From contig JAYUEN010000387.1 of the NCBI GenBank assembly GCA_043739185.1, forward strand, positions 27,518-91,517: DNA of 64,000 bases. The letters are read 5' to 3'. The notes below the pieces were generated by a model. The model did no database searches and was not told where the DNA came from. It saw only the letters and a list, made by a program, of their open reading frames with translations. This DNA comes from Bdellovibrionales bacterium (lineage in GTDB: Bacteria; Bdellovibrionota; Bdellovibrionia; Bdellovibrionales; JAMPXM01). The stretch's first letter is position 1, and every line of letters starts with the position of its first letter. This document shows positions 18,937-26,774 of this stretch, one piece after another. Made by a program: the position numbers and the translations under genes.

Positions 18937-19950
18937 CTACTGTAAATGTGCAAGGCTTGGTTTCAGCATGAGGATGGCGCCTTTGCAGGTGAAATGGACG
19001 CCATCTCCCCAGTAGCTCACACTGCCATCATCGCCTGGAATCCCGGCGAAATAGTTTAAAATATGTATATTGGGGATTTGCAGCGCACTTAGCTTTTGTG
19101 CCCACTCTTGATGTGCCTTATAAATATTTGGATAATCTTCCTTTAGGCTTTTCATGAAGACTGGATTGTAGGGCGCAATTAATACATAAACCTCTATATT
19201 TTTTGTACTCAACAACGTCATTTTATTAACAAAGAGCTGCCAGTAGTGTTCTGAGGCGGGATGATTAAAAATCGAAAGTCGGTAGCGATCGAAATCGGTG
19301 ACAATATCTTTATTTAAGGCAGATGTTGTTTTCTCGCCAGGATAATTTGCACTTTCACAGCGCTCGTAATTTAAGTCATTGCCGCTGCCAAGATCTAATG
19401 CCTTTTGGTTCTTCTTTTTAAAACGAGCCACCGAAGCATTGAGCGTGAGATGATCAAAAAGTGAAGTCAATTTACTCTGCATCGATAGTGCATTGAGCTC
19501 AGGAAATTCAGAAGTAATATACTTGCCCAAAGCCTCTGTACTCTTCATTTTGACATCTAAGATCTCAGGAATGAGTTCAAAAAAATCAGCCTGCCAAATC
19601 ACTTTACGAATCGGGTTGTGAGCAAGAGCTATATTTAAAAAGGCAAATTTGGCTTGAAGCTCGGTGCCACCAACTGAAAGGTTCAAAGCGGGATGTCCGG
19701 TGATTTTCTCTAGCCAAATGGGCGAGGTCGTTTCACCTCGAGAGGAGCCCACCATTACCAATTCAGTTTTAGGATGAGCTAAAATAATTTGACCAATATG
19801 ATAGTAGGTGTTGACGTTGATAGTCGTCGTATCAATGCTTTTGCATCGATAGTAGCACATAGGATCAACGGCAAAATTAAAACTCGTGACCGCCAGAAAA
19901 AGTCCGCCGGCAATTATGAAAAAGCTAAATGTGGCTAAACGTGCATTCAC
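18937..19950 (-). CDS. SGNH-like / DltD-AlgJ-like periplasmic partner of MBOAT
   Basis: N-terminal anchor FNFAVDP, VGSSR, DGVHF (DxxH); directly downstream of the MBOAT gene. Confidence 0.65.
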   Translation of the reverse strand: MNARLATFSFFIIAGGLFLAVTSFNFAVDPMCYYRCKSIDTTTINVNTYYHIGQIILAHPKTELVMVGSSRGETTSPIWLEKITGHPALNLSVGGTELQAKFAFLNIALAHNPIRKVIWQADFFELIPEILDVKMKSTEALGKYITSEFPELNALSMQSKLTSLFDHLTLNASVARFKKKNQKALDLGSGNDLNYERCESANYPGEKTTSALNKDIVTDFDRYRLSIFNHPASEHYWQLFVNKMTLLSTKNIEVYVLIAPYNPVFMKSLKEDYPNIYKAHQEWAQKLSALQIPNIHILNYFAGIPGDDGSVSYWGDGVHFTCKGAILMLKPSLAHLQ

Positions 19951-19962
19951 AAAAATTTCATC

Positions 19963-21381
19963 CTAAAACTGAAAATACAAAAAAGGTGAATCTTCACTCA
20001 TAAACATTATGCAAACAATTAAAAGAAAAGCGATTCCGGCCGCAGTCCAAATATTAGTTCTAAACTTAACTTGCCAAGTATTCTTAGCATAAAAACTCAA
20101 AAAGAAAGCCACGATCAAAGCCGCTATGAAGCGGCTTTGATAGCGTTCGGCTGCGAATCTCAAATCCCAAGTAAGATGAGTATTTAACAAAAACACTTTT
20201 TCAAGCCATAAGAGTGCTACTGAAAAACTGGGAGCTCTGAAAAAAACCCAGCCTATATTAATTAATAAAAAGGTGAGAGCGAACTTTAAATATTTATTTT
20301 GGATGCCTTTGTAATTTCGGTCTTTGCAGAAGCGCTCGGTCGCCAATAGGCAGCCGTGAAAGCCACCCCAGATTGCGTAAGTCCAATTGCCTCCGTGCCA
20401 AAGTCCACCAATCATCATGGTTAAGAATAAATTGCGATAGGTTTTAATTTGGCTACCGCGATTTCCGCCGAGAGAGATATACAAATAGTCTTTTAGCCAA
20501 GAAGACAAGCTGATGTGCCAACGTTGCCAAAATTCTGTAATTGAAAAAGACTTATAGGGTGAATTGAAATTTTGAGGAAAATCAATATTCATCATCAGGC
20601 CGAGGCCGACAGCCATATCTGAATAGCCGCTGAAATCAAAATAAAGCTGCATGGTATAGCCAAGCATTGCCAAAATGGCTTCGCTATTTGAAGCAAGTTT
20701 TAGATTGTCTACAACCGGAATAACGACTGCTGAAAGCATATCAGCGAGCAGAATCTTTTTTGAAAGTCCGCAGACAAAAAAGCAAATTCCTCGCCAAAAA
20801 TTCTCAAAATTAAAAATATAAGTCTTTGGGCTTTCAAGCTGGGGAACAATTTGATTGTGCCTTACAAGGGGGCCTGAAATTTGATGGGGAAAAAGTGTCA
20901 CATAGCCAGCAAAGGACAAGAGGTCGGCATGTGCATCAGAGGTGCCACGATAAACATCAATGACGTAGGACATACTTTGAAAGGTGTAGAATGAAATGCC
21001 GATTGGCAAAACAATTGAAAGAATCGGTAGCCCAGTGATCGGTGCTCCGTGAAGAAGACTCGCAAGTGAGTTCAAACTATCTGCAAATAAATTATAATAT
21101 TTGAAAAAAAACAAAATCGATAAATTGATAATAACAGAAAATAAAAGCAAAAGACGTTTGCGATATTTGGTTTCAGAATTATAAATTCCGCGCGCAACGT
21201 AAAAGTCGACAATGACGGTGAAAATTAAAAAGAAAACAAGTTTGGCGCTCCAATAGCTATAAAAACCAAGGCTTGCCAATAACAAAAAAGTGAGCTGCGC
21301 CCGACGTTTTGGTATGAGATAGTAGCCTAAAAGTACCATTGGCAAAAAGCCAAAGATAAAAATATATGAATTAAAGAGCAT
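19963..21381 (-). CDS. MBOAT-family O-acyltransferase (AlgI/DltB/PatA-like)
   Basis: MLFNS, LPIGISFYTFQSMSY, YFDFSGYSDMA, FWQRWHISLS, GLWHG, FLYFQF. Confidence 0.95.
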   Translation of the reverse strand: MLFNSYIFIFGFLPMVLLGYYLIPKRRAQLTFLLLASLGFYSYWSAKLVFFLIFTVIVDFYVARGIYNSETKYRKRLLLLFSVIINLSILFFFKYYNLFADSLNSLASLLHGAPITGLPILSIVLPIGISFYTFQSMSYVIDVYRGTSDAHADLLSFAGYVTLFPHQISGPLVRHNQIVPQLESPKTYIFNFENFWRGICFFVCGLSKKILLADMLSAVVIPVVDNLKLASNSEAILAMLGYTMQLYFDFSGYSDMAVGLGLMMNIDFPQNFNSPYKSFSITEFWQRWHISLSSWLKDYLYISLGGNRGSQIKTYRNLFLTMMIGGLWHGGNWTYAIWGGFHGCLLATERFCKDRNYKGIQNKYLKFALTFLLINIGWVFFRAPSFSVALLWLEKVFLLNTHLTWDLRFAAERYQSRFIAALIVAFFLSFYAKNTWQVKFRTNIWTAAGIAFLLIVCIMFMSEDSPFLYFQF

Positions 21382-21438
21382 TTCTCTTTATACGAGACTT
21401 TTACGAATACGAGCAATCAAAAAGCTCTTAGGGACTGG

Positions 21439-21942
21439 CTAATTAACGATGGTAATAGTACTCGTCATCGCATTGTGAAATCCACAATTGTAGAAGAGGG
21501 TATTCGGAGCATTGGCGGGCACGATAAAGGTGAGAGCTCCGCTCATAACGCCATTGCCGGTAACCCCATTGGTATAGGCATTGGTAGTGTCTGAGCCCTG
21601 TACACTCATTATATAAAATGGATGTCCATTTGCCGTAACATTAAACACATAGGTTTTTCCTCTTTGCAGGGTAAGAGGCATATTGGCAACACCATTAACT
21701 AAATATGCAGTGGCCCCGCTATTCACCACCGTAAAACTAGCTGTCGCCATTGGCGTAGGCGTTGGAGTTGCCGGCGGGGCAGTTGGGGCAGCTGTTGGCG
21801 CAGCTGTCGGGGCAGCCGTTGGATAGGGATTATTTGCTGAAGAGGCACTTGAAGTTGGCGTGACATTGCTCAGAGGTTTAAAGCCGCTATCGCCACAGCC
21901 GATCATAAGAAATAAACAAAATAGCACTAAGAGTTTATTCAT
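21439..21942 (-). CDS. Lipoprotein with Pro/Thr/Ala linker and cupredoxin-like domain
   Basis: MIGC lipobox; GHPF...YNCGFHNAM (His, Cys, His, Met); RBS before ATG 21942. Confidence 0.75.
   Translation of the reverse strand: MNKLLVLFCLFLMIGCGDSGFKPLSNVTPTSSASSANNPYPTAAPTAAPTAAPTAPPATPTPTPMATASFTVVNSGATAYLVNGVANMPLTLQRGKTYVFNVTANGHPFYIMSVQGSDTTNAYTNGVTGNGVMSGALTFIVPANAPNTLFYNCGFHNAMTSTITIVN
21776..21822 (-). repeat. Coding tandem repeat (PTAA units)
   Basis: Degenerate 12-bp units encoding PTAAPTAAPTAAPTAP. Confidence 0.7.
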
Positions 21943-22027
21943 TTCATCTCCCCGTTTTAATAGGCTAGGTGGATTATTCAATTTTGTAAAGACAACTAAG
22001 CAAGTGCCCAGTCAATCGTCGATTAAA

Positions 22028-22040
22028 TCTCAAAATGAGA
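22028..22040. promoter_or_regulatory. Palindromic site TCTCA-N3-TGAGA
   Basis: TCTCAAAATGAGA, ~90 nt upstream of ATG 21942. Confidence 0.5.
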
Positions 22041-22094
22041 CAGTCTTGCTCTATAACTAGTTGTTGGGCTCAATCTTTTATTTGATTTCTTTAG

Positions 22095-22161
22095 GATTCA
22101 AATCAGTTTAAACGGCAGCAGCGGCTGTCAACCGAATTACTGTTTCAGTTTCAGTCTCAGT
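22095..22161 (-). repeat. Dispersed intergenic repeat, copy 2
   Basis: GATTCAAATCAGTTTAAACGGCAGCAGCGGCTG...CTGTTTCAGTTTCAG on the + strand. Confidence 0.8.
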
Positions 22162-22175
22162 CTTTAGTGGGTCAG

Positions 22176-22943
22176 CTAATTGGTGATTGTAATGGTTCCG
22201 GTCATTGAGGAGTGAACGGAGCAATCATAGTAAAGAGTATTGGGCGCACCTGCAGGCACAACAAACGTAAGAGTTCCGCTTTGTGTGCCATTACCGGTAA
22301 CCCCACTGTTATAGGCGTTTGCGGTATTGGTGCCCTGTACACTCATAATGTAAAACGGGTGACCGCTGGCAGTAATACTAAAGGTATAGGTTTGGCCTCT
22401 TTGAAGAGTGAGTGCTGCATTTGCACTTCCGTTCATAAGATAGCTTGAGGCTCCACTATTGACCACGGTGAAGCTCGTAGTTCCGGCGGCGGGTGATGCA
22501 GGAGTCGGCGTGCCGGAATCACTTGCGCAGCCAAAATTTGCAAATAAAAAAATAATTGCCAACAACTTTTGAAGCTTGGGTAAAATTTTGGCCCATGCTT
22601 CGGGTTTAAAACCGACCAAGCCAAAGTCTTCTCCAAGCAAAAATGGCCGCTTTACTAATTTGCCATTTTCTGAAAGTAGGTTGAGAGCTTTGGAATCTGA
22701 AAGTCCTGCTTTGAACTGCTCCGCTATTTTTAGCTCTCGGTACTGAATTCCTGATGTATTAAATAGATCTTTAATTGTGCCGCCTCGGGCCTTTAAATGT
22801 TCGAGCATGGATTTGAGCTCAGTCGTACTGGGTGGTGTTTCGACTATTGCGATGCGCTCAAAACTTAAGTTTTTCTCGGTCAAAAACTTGATGGCTTTTT
22901 GGCAGGTGCTACACTTTTTATATTCGAAAATTTTTGTTTTCAT
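22176..22943 (-). CDS. ArsC/Spx(YffB)-like domain fused in frame via a hydrophobic segment to a cupredoxin-like domain
   Basis: YKKCSTCQKA, LFNTSG, LVKRPF, then LLAIIFLFANFGC, then GHPF...YDCSVHSSM; no stop codon between the domains. Confidence 0.75.
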   Translation of the reverse strand: MKTKIFEYKKCSTCQKAIKFLTEKNLSFERIAIVETPPSTTELKSMLEHLKARGGTIKDLFNTSGIQYRELKIAEQFKAGLSDSKALNLLSENGKLVKRPFLLGEDFGLVGFKPEAWAKILPKLQKLLAIIFLFANFGCASDSGTPTPASPAAGTTSFTVVNSGASSYLMNGSANAALTLQRGQTYTFSITASGHPFYIMSVQGTNTANAYNSGVTGNGTQSGTLTFVVPAGAPNTLYYDCSVHSSMTGTITITN

Positions 22944-23008
22944 GTGGACATTTGCTACCAGACTATGTTTTCTGTCAAACCGATTCCGAATCAAAAGGAG
23001 AAATTCGA

Positions 23009-23401
23009 ATGAAGTACCTACATACGATGATACGCGTAAAGAATTTGGATTCTTCGATCCGCTTTTACCAAGATGTTTTGGGCATGAATTTAATTTCAAA
23101 AGATGATTATCCAGAGGGAAAATTCACTCTTGCTTTTTTAAGTTACGGAAACACCAAGAGTGATCCCTGCATTGAACTTACCTTTAATTGGGGGCGAGAA
23201 AGCTATGAACTCGGAGATGCCTTTGGCCATATTGCGTTTTCGACAAATGATATTTATAAAACCTGTGAGCAGGTCAAGGCATTAGGTGGGAAGATAGCAA
23301 GAGAGCCTGGCCCGATGAAGCACGGCACAACTATCATCGCCTTTTTAGAAGACCCGAATGGATATAAAATCGAGCTCATTCAGAGTAAGACTCATCTCTA
23401 A
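23009..23401 (+). CDS. gloA: Lactoylglutathione lyase (glyoxalase I)
   Basis: LHTMIRV, IELTFNW, FGHIA, EDPNGYKIELI; AGGAG RBS before ATG 23009. Confidence 0.95.
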   Translation: MKYLHTMIRVKNLDSSIRFYQDVLGMNLISKDDYPEGKFTLAFLSYGNTKSDPCIELTFNWGRESYELGDAFGHIAFSTNDIYKTCEQVKALGGKIAREPGPMKHGTTIIAFLEDPNGYKIELIQSKTHL

Positions 23402-23471
23402 TTTTTTCATGGGGCAAAATTCTTAAGATTGCCGCCAAGCTGCCACTAAATATGAAATTTTTTAAAAGAAG

Positions 23472-23499
23472 AGCGCAAACATATATTTTAGTTTGCGCT
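23472..23499. terminator. Hairpin between convergent genes
   Basis: AGCGCAAAC-10 nt-GTTTGCGCT. Confidence 0.55.
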
Positions 23500-23506
23500 A
23501 TTGATA

Positions 23507-24298
23507 TTACTTAGAGGTCTTTTGATAAGTCGAGCGAGTCGAATTGCCAGTATTAGGAAAGAGATCATTGATATAATCTTTTTTAATATTTGGAGCGACA
23601 ACACCTGGTTTGCACTGTTTCACAACTTCACACATTGCTGAAGAGTTTAACAGACTTCCGATTTTATCTTTTAAATAAGCTCCTACAAGCGATTTATCAT
23701 AAGCCATTGAAAGTCTCTGGAGGGCGAGATCGGTTTGATCAACCTTACTACTAAACTCTTGAAAGCTCGTGCGCACATCCATTTTCCTAAGATTTTTATC
23801 CATAGTATCAATCAGATCAGCAAGTGCGGCTGCTTCTTTCTTTTTGTCAGCAGCATTTGCATTGACCGCAGCTTGATAGGCGGTTTTTTTATTCGCAAAA
23901 TCATTGATCGCAGCAGTTCGTGATCCCGCAATAGAATTTACGGTGCCGCCCATTGCGACTCGTTCAGCTTTGATTCTATTGAGTTCGGCAGTTTGCGTGG
24001 CAACCGCGGCCCGCAATCCCGGACCATCCGTGCCGCCTGTGCCCTGTCCCCAATTGAAAGGGCCAAAACCTCCAGCTGCTTTTTCGAGCGCAGCTTGGGC
24101 ATCATCAACCTTACTTTGCTGCGCCAAAACAGATCTATTTAATTCATCAAGCGAAGTATTTGCTGCCAAGAGTCTTGTGGTCATATCAGCTAAAGAGGTT
24201 TCAAGATCTTTTTGATTTGGTTGGGCAGGTACGGGAACTTGAGCTGCTATTGAGCCCAGTGAAAAAAGACATAAGAGTGCGATTGTTAAAAGTTTCAT
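23507..24298 (-). CDS. Exported coiled-coil hypothetical protein
   Basis: Signal peptide, heptad Ala/Leu/Gln-rich helices, GGAGG RBS. Confidence 0.75.
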   Translation of the reverse strand: MKLLTIALLCLFSLGSIAAQVPVPAQPNQKDLETSLADMTTRLLAANTSLDELNRSVLAQQSKVDDAQAALEKAAGGFGPFNWGQGTGGTDGPGLRAAVATQTAELNRIKAERVAMGGTVNSIAGSRTAAINDFANKKTAYQAAVNANAADKKKEAAALADLIDTMDKNLRKMDVRTSFQEFSSKVDQTDLALQRLSMAYDKSLVGAYLKDKIGSLLNSSAMCEVVKQCKPGVVAPNIKKDYINDLFPNTGNSTRSTYQKTSK

Positions 24299-24467
24299 AA
24301 ATATCCTCCAGATAATCTAATCTTAAAAAACGACCTAAGTTATGACAAGTCCAGATGGCTAGAGTGAACCAAACGAGACTATATCTAGTCCTTGTTTCAA
24401 AAATGTTTCGTTTGTAATAGGGAATAGGCACGATCTCTTTTTTTTTGGTGGTCCAGCTTCTACAGAA

Positions 24468-24538
24468 GATTTTAAATCAGTTTGAAGGGCAGCCGCGGCG
24501 GTATACAGTCTCACTGTTTCGGTCTCGGGTTTCAGGGT
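24468..24538 (-). repeat. Dispersed intergenic repeat, copy 3
   Basis: GATTTTAAATCAGTTTGAAGGGCAGCCGCGGCGG...CTGTTTCGGTCTCGGG on the + strand. Confidence 0.8.
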
Positions 24539-24545
24539 AAAGGGT

Positions 24546-25145
24546 TCACTCCAAAGTATTCTGTCCGCCATCATCTAATTTTTTTGGAGCCTTCCAATAA
24601 TTATATTGAGGAGTCCAGTCTTCGGCTCCTAGTCCAGCTAGACTGAGGATATGCCATTGGGAGCAAAAAAGATCGCCAGGACCGAATTTAGAAGAGTTCT
24701 TCTTATAAATTTCGCCGCCTTTTCTGGTATAGCAAACAATACCAGGCATATTCGACTCACCCGGAATCACGGATTGCTCTCTAATATAGTCGCCGCCACC
24801 GTGAGAAACCATTTGAAAGCGCCAGCCTCTTGAATTTGCGAATTGTTTTTGCGTAAGCGGGGAGTCCTTTGACATCATAACCACTGAAAACTGATTTTCA
24901 AGATGTGGCAAAAAGCCATTTAAGCCATCTCCCCAAAGTGTGCAATAGCGACAGCCCTGGCCCATATTATGAATGGCAAAAAGAATGTCTTTGCCAGCGA
25001 ATAAATCGAGCAAGCTCAGCCTGCCGTTTTGACTAGTGAACTCATAGTTTTTTATCGGGCTCGGTTTATTATCTTTTCTTAATTTTTCAAGCTTTTGAGT
25101 CAATTCATAAATTTCTTTTTCAGTCTTTTGAATTTCGTCTGTCAT
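24546..25145 (-). CDS. DUF899-family thioredoxin-like protein
   Basis: SLLDLFAGK, GCRYCTLWGD, RGWRF, FGPGDLFC; AGGAG RBS. Confidence 0.85.
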   Translation of the reverse strand: MTDEIQKTEKEIYELTQKLEKLRKDNKPSPIKNYEFTSQNGRLSLLDLFAGKDILFAIHNMGQGCRYCTLWGDGLNGFLPHLENQFSVVMMSKDSPLTQKQFANSRGWRFQMVSHGGGDYIREQSVIPGESNMPGIVCYTRKGGEIYKKNSSKFGPGDLFCSQWHILSLAGLGAEDWTPQYNYWKAPKKLDDGGQNTLE

Positions 25146-25164
25146 GATTTTCTCCTGGTTCAAA

Positions 25165-25749
25165 TTACATTGATTCAAATTCTTTATTCGTTTGCTTTGA
25201 CATATCAGGAGAATTCTTTGGTTCGCCCAGGGCGGCGCCGGGACGCGACCAAAGATCTTGACCTGCGGCGACTGAGCGCTTGATATTCTCTGAACTCAAT
25301 TCAACTGTGCCTTCGCAAACGCAAAGATAGGTGGCGCCTTCGCGATCTTCAAGTAAAAATTTTGTACCGCGAACGCCTGCGACTGCAGTTCTCGTTTTAA
25401 ATTTATAGTTTTTAACATCCGGCTTTTTTAAAAAATGAATAAAACTTTGGCCCTTGAGGAGAGTGAGGCTTTTTGCAAAAAGTTTTCCTTCGCCTTCAAT
25501 AACGAGTTGTCCACCGGATTTTAAGCGAAGTTTGTGACCATCGGGATAGAGTAAATCAATTTGCGCTTTCGGATCATCTGCGACTTTGATGAGACCGGCT
25601 CGGGAAATTTGATCTCCTGCTTTCAGGATTTGGCTTCCAAATTGGATCTCTCCGGTTAACTTAGTTACCTTTAAATTCATTTGTCCTGCAAAACTAAGTG
25701 GCGTTGCTAAAAATAAAAATCCCATTAAAAAAAACTTTACAATAATCAT
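25165..25749 (-). CDS. Exported FecR-domain protein
   Basis: Signal peptide; TRTAVAGVRGTKF, VCEGTV. Confidence 0.85.
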   Translation of the reverse strand: MIIVKFFLMGFLFLATPLSFAGQMNLKVTKLTGEIQFGSQILKAGDQISRAGLIKVADDPKAQIDLLYPDGHKLRLKSGGQLVIEGEGKLFAKSLTLLKGQSFIHFLKKPDVKNYKFKTRTAVAGVRGTKFLLEDREGATYLCVCEGTVELSSENIKRSVAAGQDLWSRPGAALGEPKNSPDMSKQTNKEFESM

Positions 25750-25974
25750 TATGTTTCCGCCTTATGTCGTATTGTGGAGGAGAAGAAGTCTAAATGTCAA
25801 AATGTGCGTAGCGCGCTAGGGCAATATTAAATTGGATTCAAATCTTTATTAATAAGGCCGCTAGTTTTTTATTTTTATCTTCAGACAAAAAGCCTTTAAG
25901 CAAAGTAAATTTTTACCCCTCGCATTCACTGAAAATATTTTTTAGGTTTTGTCGTCCTTTTTGCCATAAGGAGC

Positions 25975-26511
25975 TCAGCGGTGCCGAGTGATCTCACCTT
26001 GAATCGATTCGTCATTTATTTGAATGCTGAACGTAGAATCTTGAAACAGTATTCCCCAGTTATTGTTTCGCTGAAGATTTTCCGAAAGAATTTTTAAAAA
26101 ATCATTCTGAAAGGAAAAAACTTCGATCTTATCAAACTGAAATATATCTGAAGACTTCATTTCTTCAAACCAAAGCTTTGGATCTTTATAGGTATAAACT
26201 TTAACTTTCTGAGCGGCCTTTGAGGCGCTGTGCAATCTTTTGGCGCTGGGGTTTCCGATTTCAATCCAAAGTAAGAGCCCGCCCCGTGGGTCCTTGATAA
26301 ACAAAGGAGCTTGATCCGGATCACCCAAACCTTGAGCTGAAAACTCAAGAGCGGACTCAAAATTCAAAAGAAAAGCAATGGCTCGAGTCATTAAAAAAAG
26401 TAAAGACTCTGATGGATGCATTGCCAGTCGAAAATCAATACTTTCATAAAGACCACGATCAATATCAGAAAAATCAATTTTAAATCTATAGAGTGTTGAC
26501 GGCCGCGCCAT
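25975..26511 (-). CDS. yaeQ: YaeQ-family protein
   Basis: SDIDRGLY, AMHPSES, WIEIGNP. Confidence 0.9.
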   Translation of the reverse strand: MARPSTLYRFKIDFSDIDRGLYESIDFRLAMHPSESLLFLMTRAIAFLLNFESALEFSAQGLGDPDQAPLFIKDPRGGLLLWIEIGNPSAKRLHSASKAAQKVKVYTYKDPKLWFEEMKSSDIFQFDKIEVFSFQNDFLKILSENLQRNNNWGILFQDSTFSIQINDESIQGEITRHR

Positions 26512-26656
26512 CTAAAGAGCTTAAGCTCAAAATTTCTAATGGGCAAGGGGGCTTAAGTGCCTTGAGCGCTACTTATCCGACATTGGCACCGTGCTTTTGC
26601 ATAGTTCAGTACTTATTGGGCTCGTAAAACCTTTAAAGAGTAAACAAGAGGTGTGT

Positions 26657-26713
26657 ATGAAAAAGCTATTTACAATTTTTGGCAATATCACCCTTATTCT
26701 GTCAGGATTTTAG
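26657..26713 (+). pseudogene. Truncated signal-peptide ORF (MKKLFTIFGNITLILSGF*)
   Basis: GAGGTG RBS; reading through the TAG gives TAFA, an SPase I-like site. Confidence 0.35.
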
Positions 26714-26774
26714 ACAGCATTTGCACCCGAAAAATATTTGAGAATGGGTGGCCTTGATGGGCAATCGATTGAGA

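Noticed and set aside
22944..23099. N-terminal extensions of the ArsC fusion and gloA ORFs
   Set aside because: They overlap each other; family similarity starts at 22943 and 23009, and gloA has a clear RBS.
24359..24574. 71-aa ORF crossing repeat copy 3
   Set aside because: It overlaps the DUF899 3' end, and the equivalent frame has stops in copies 2 and 4.
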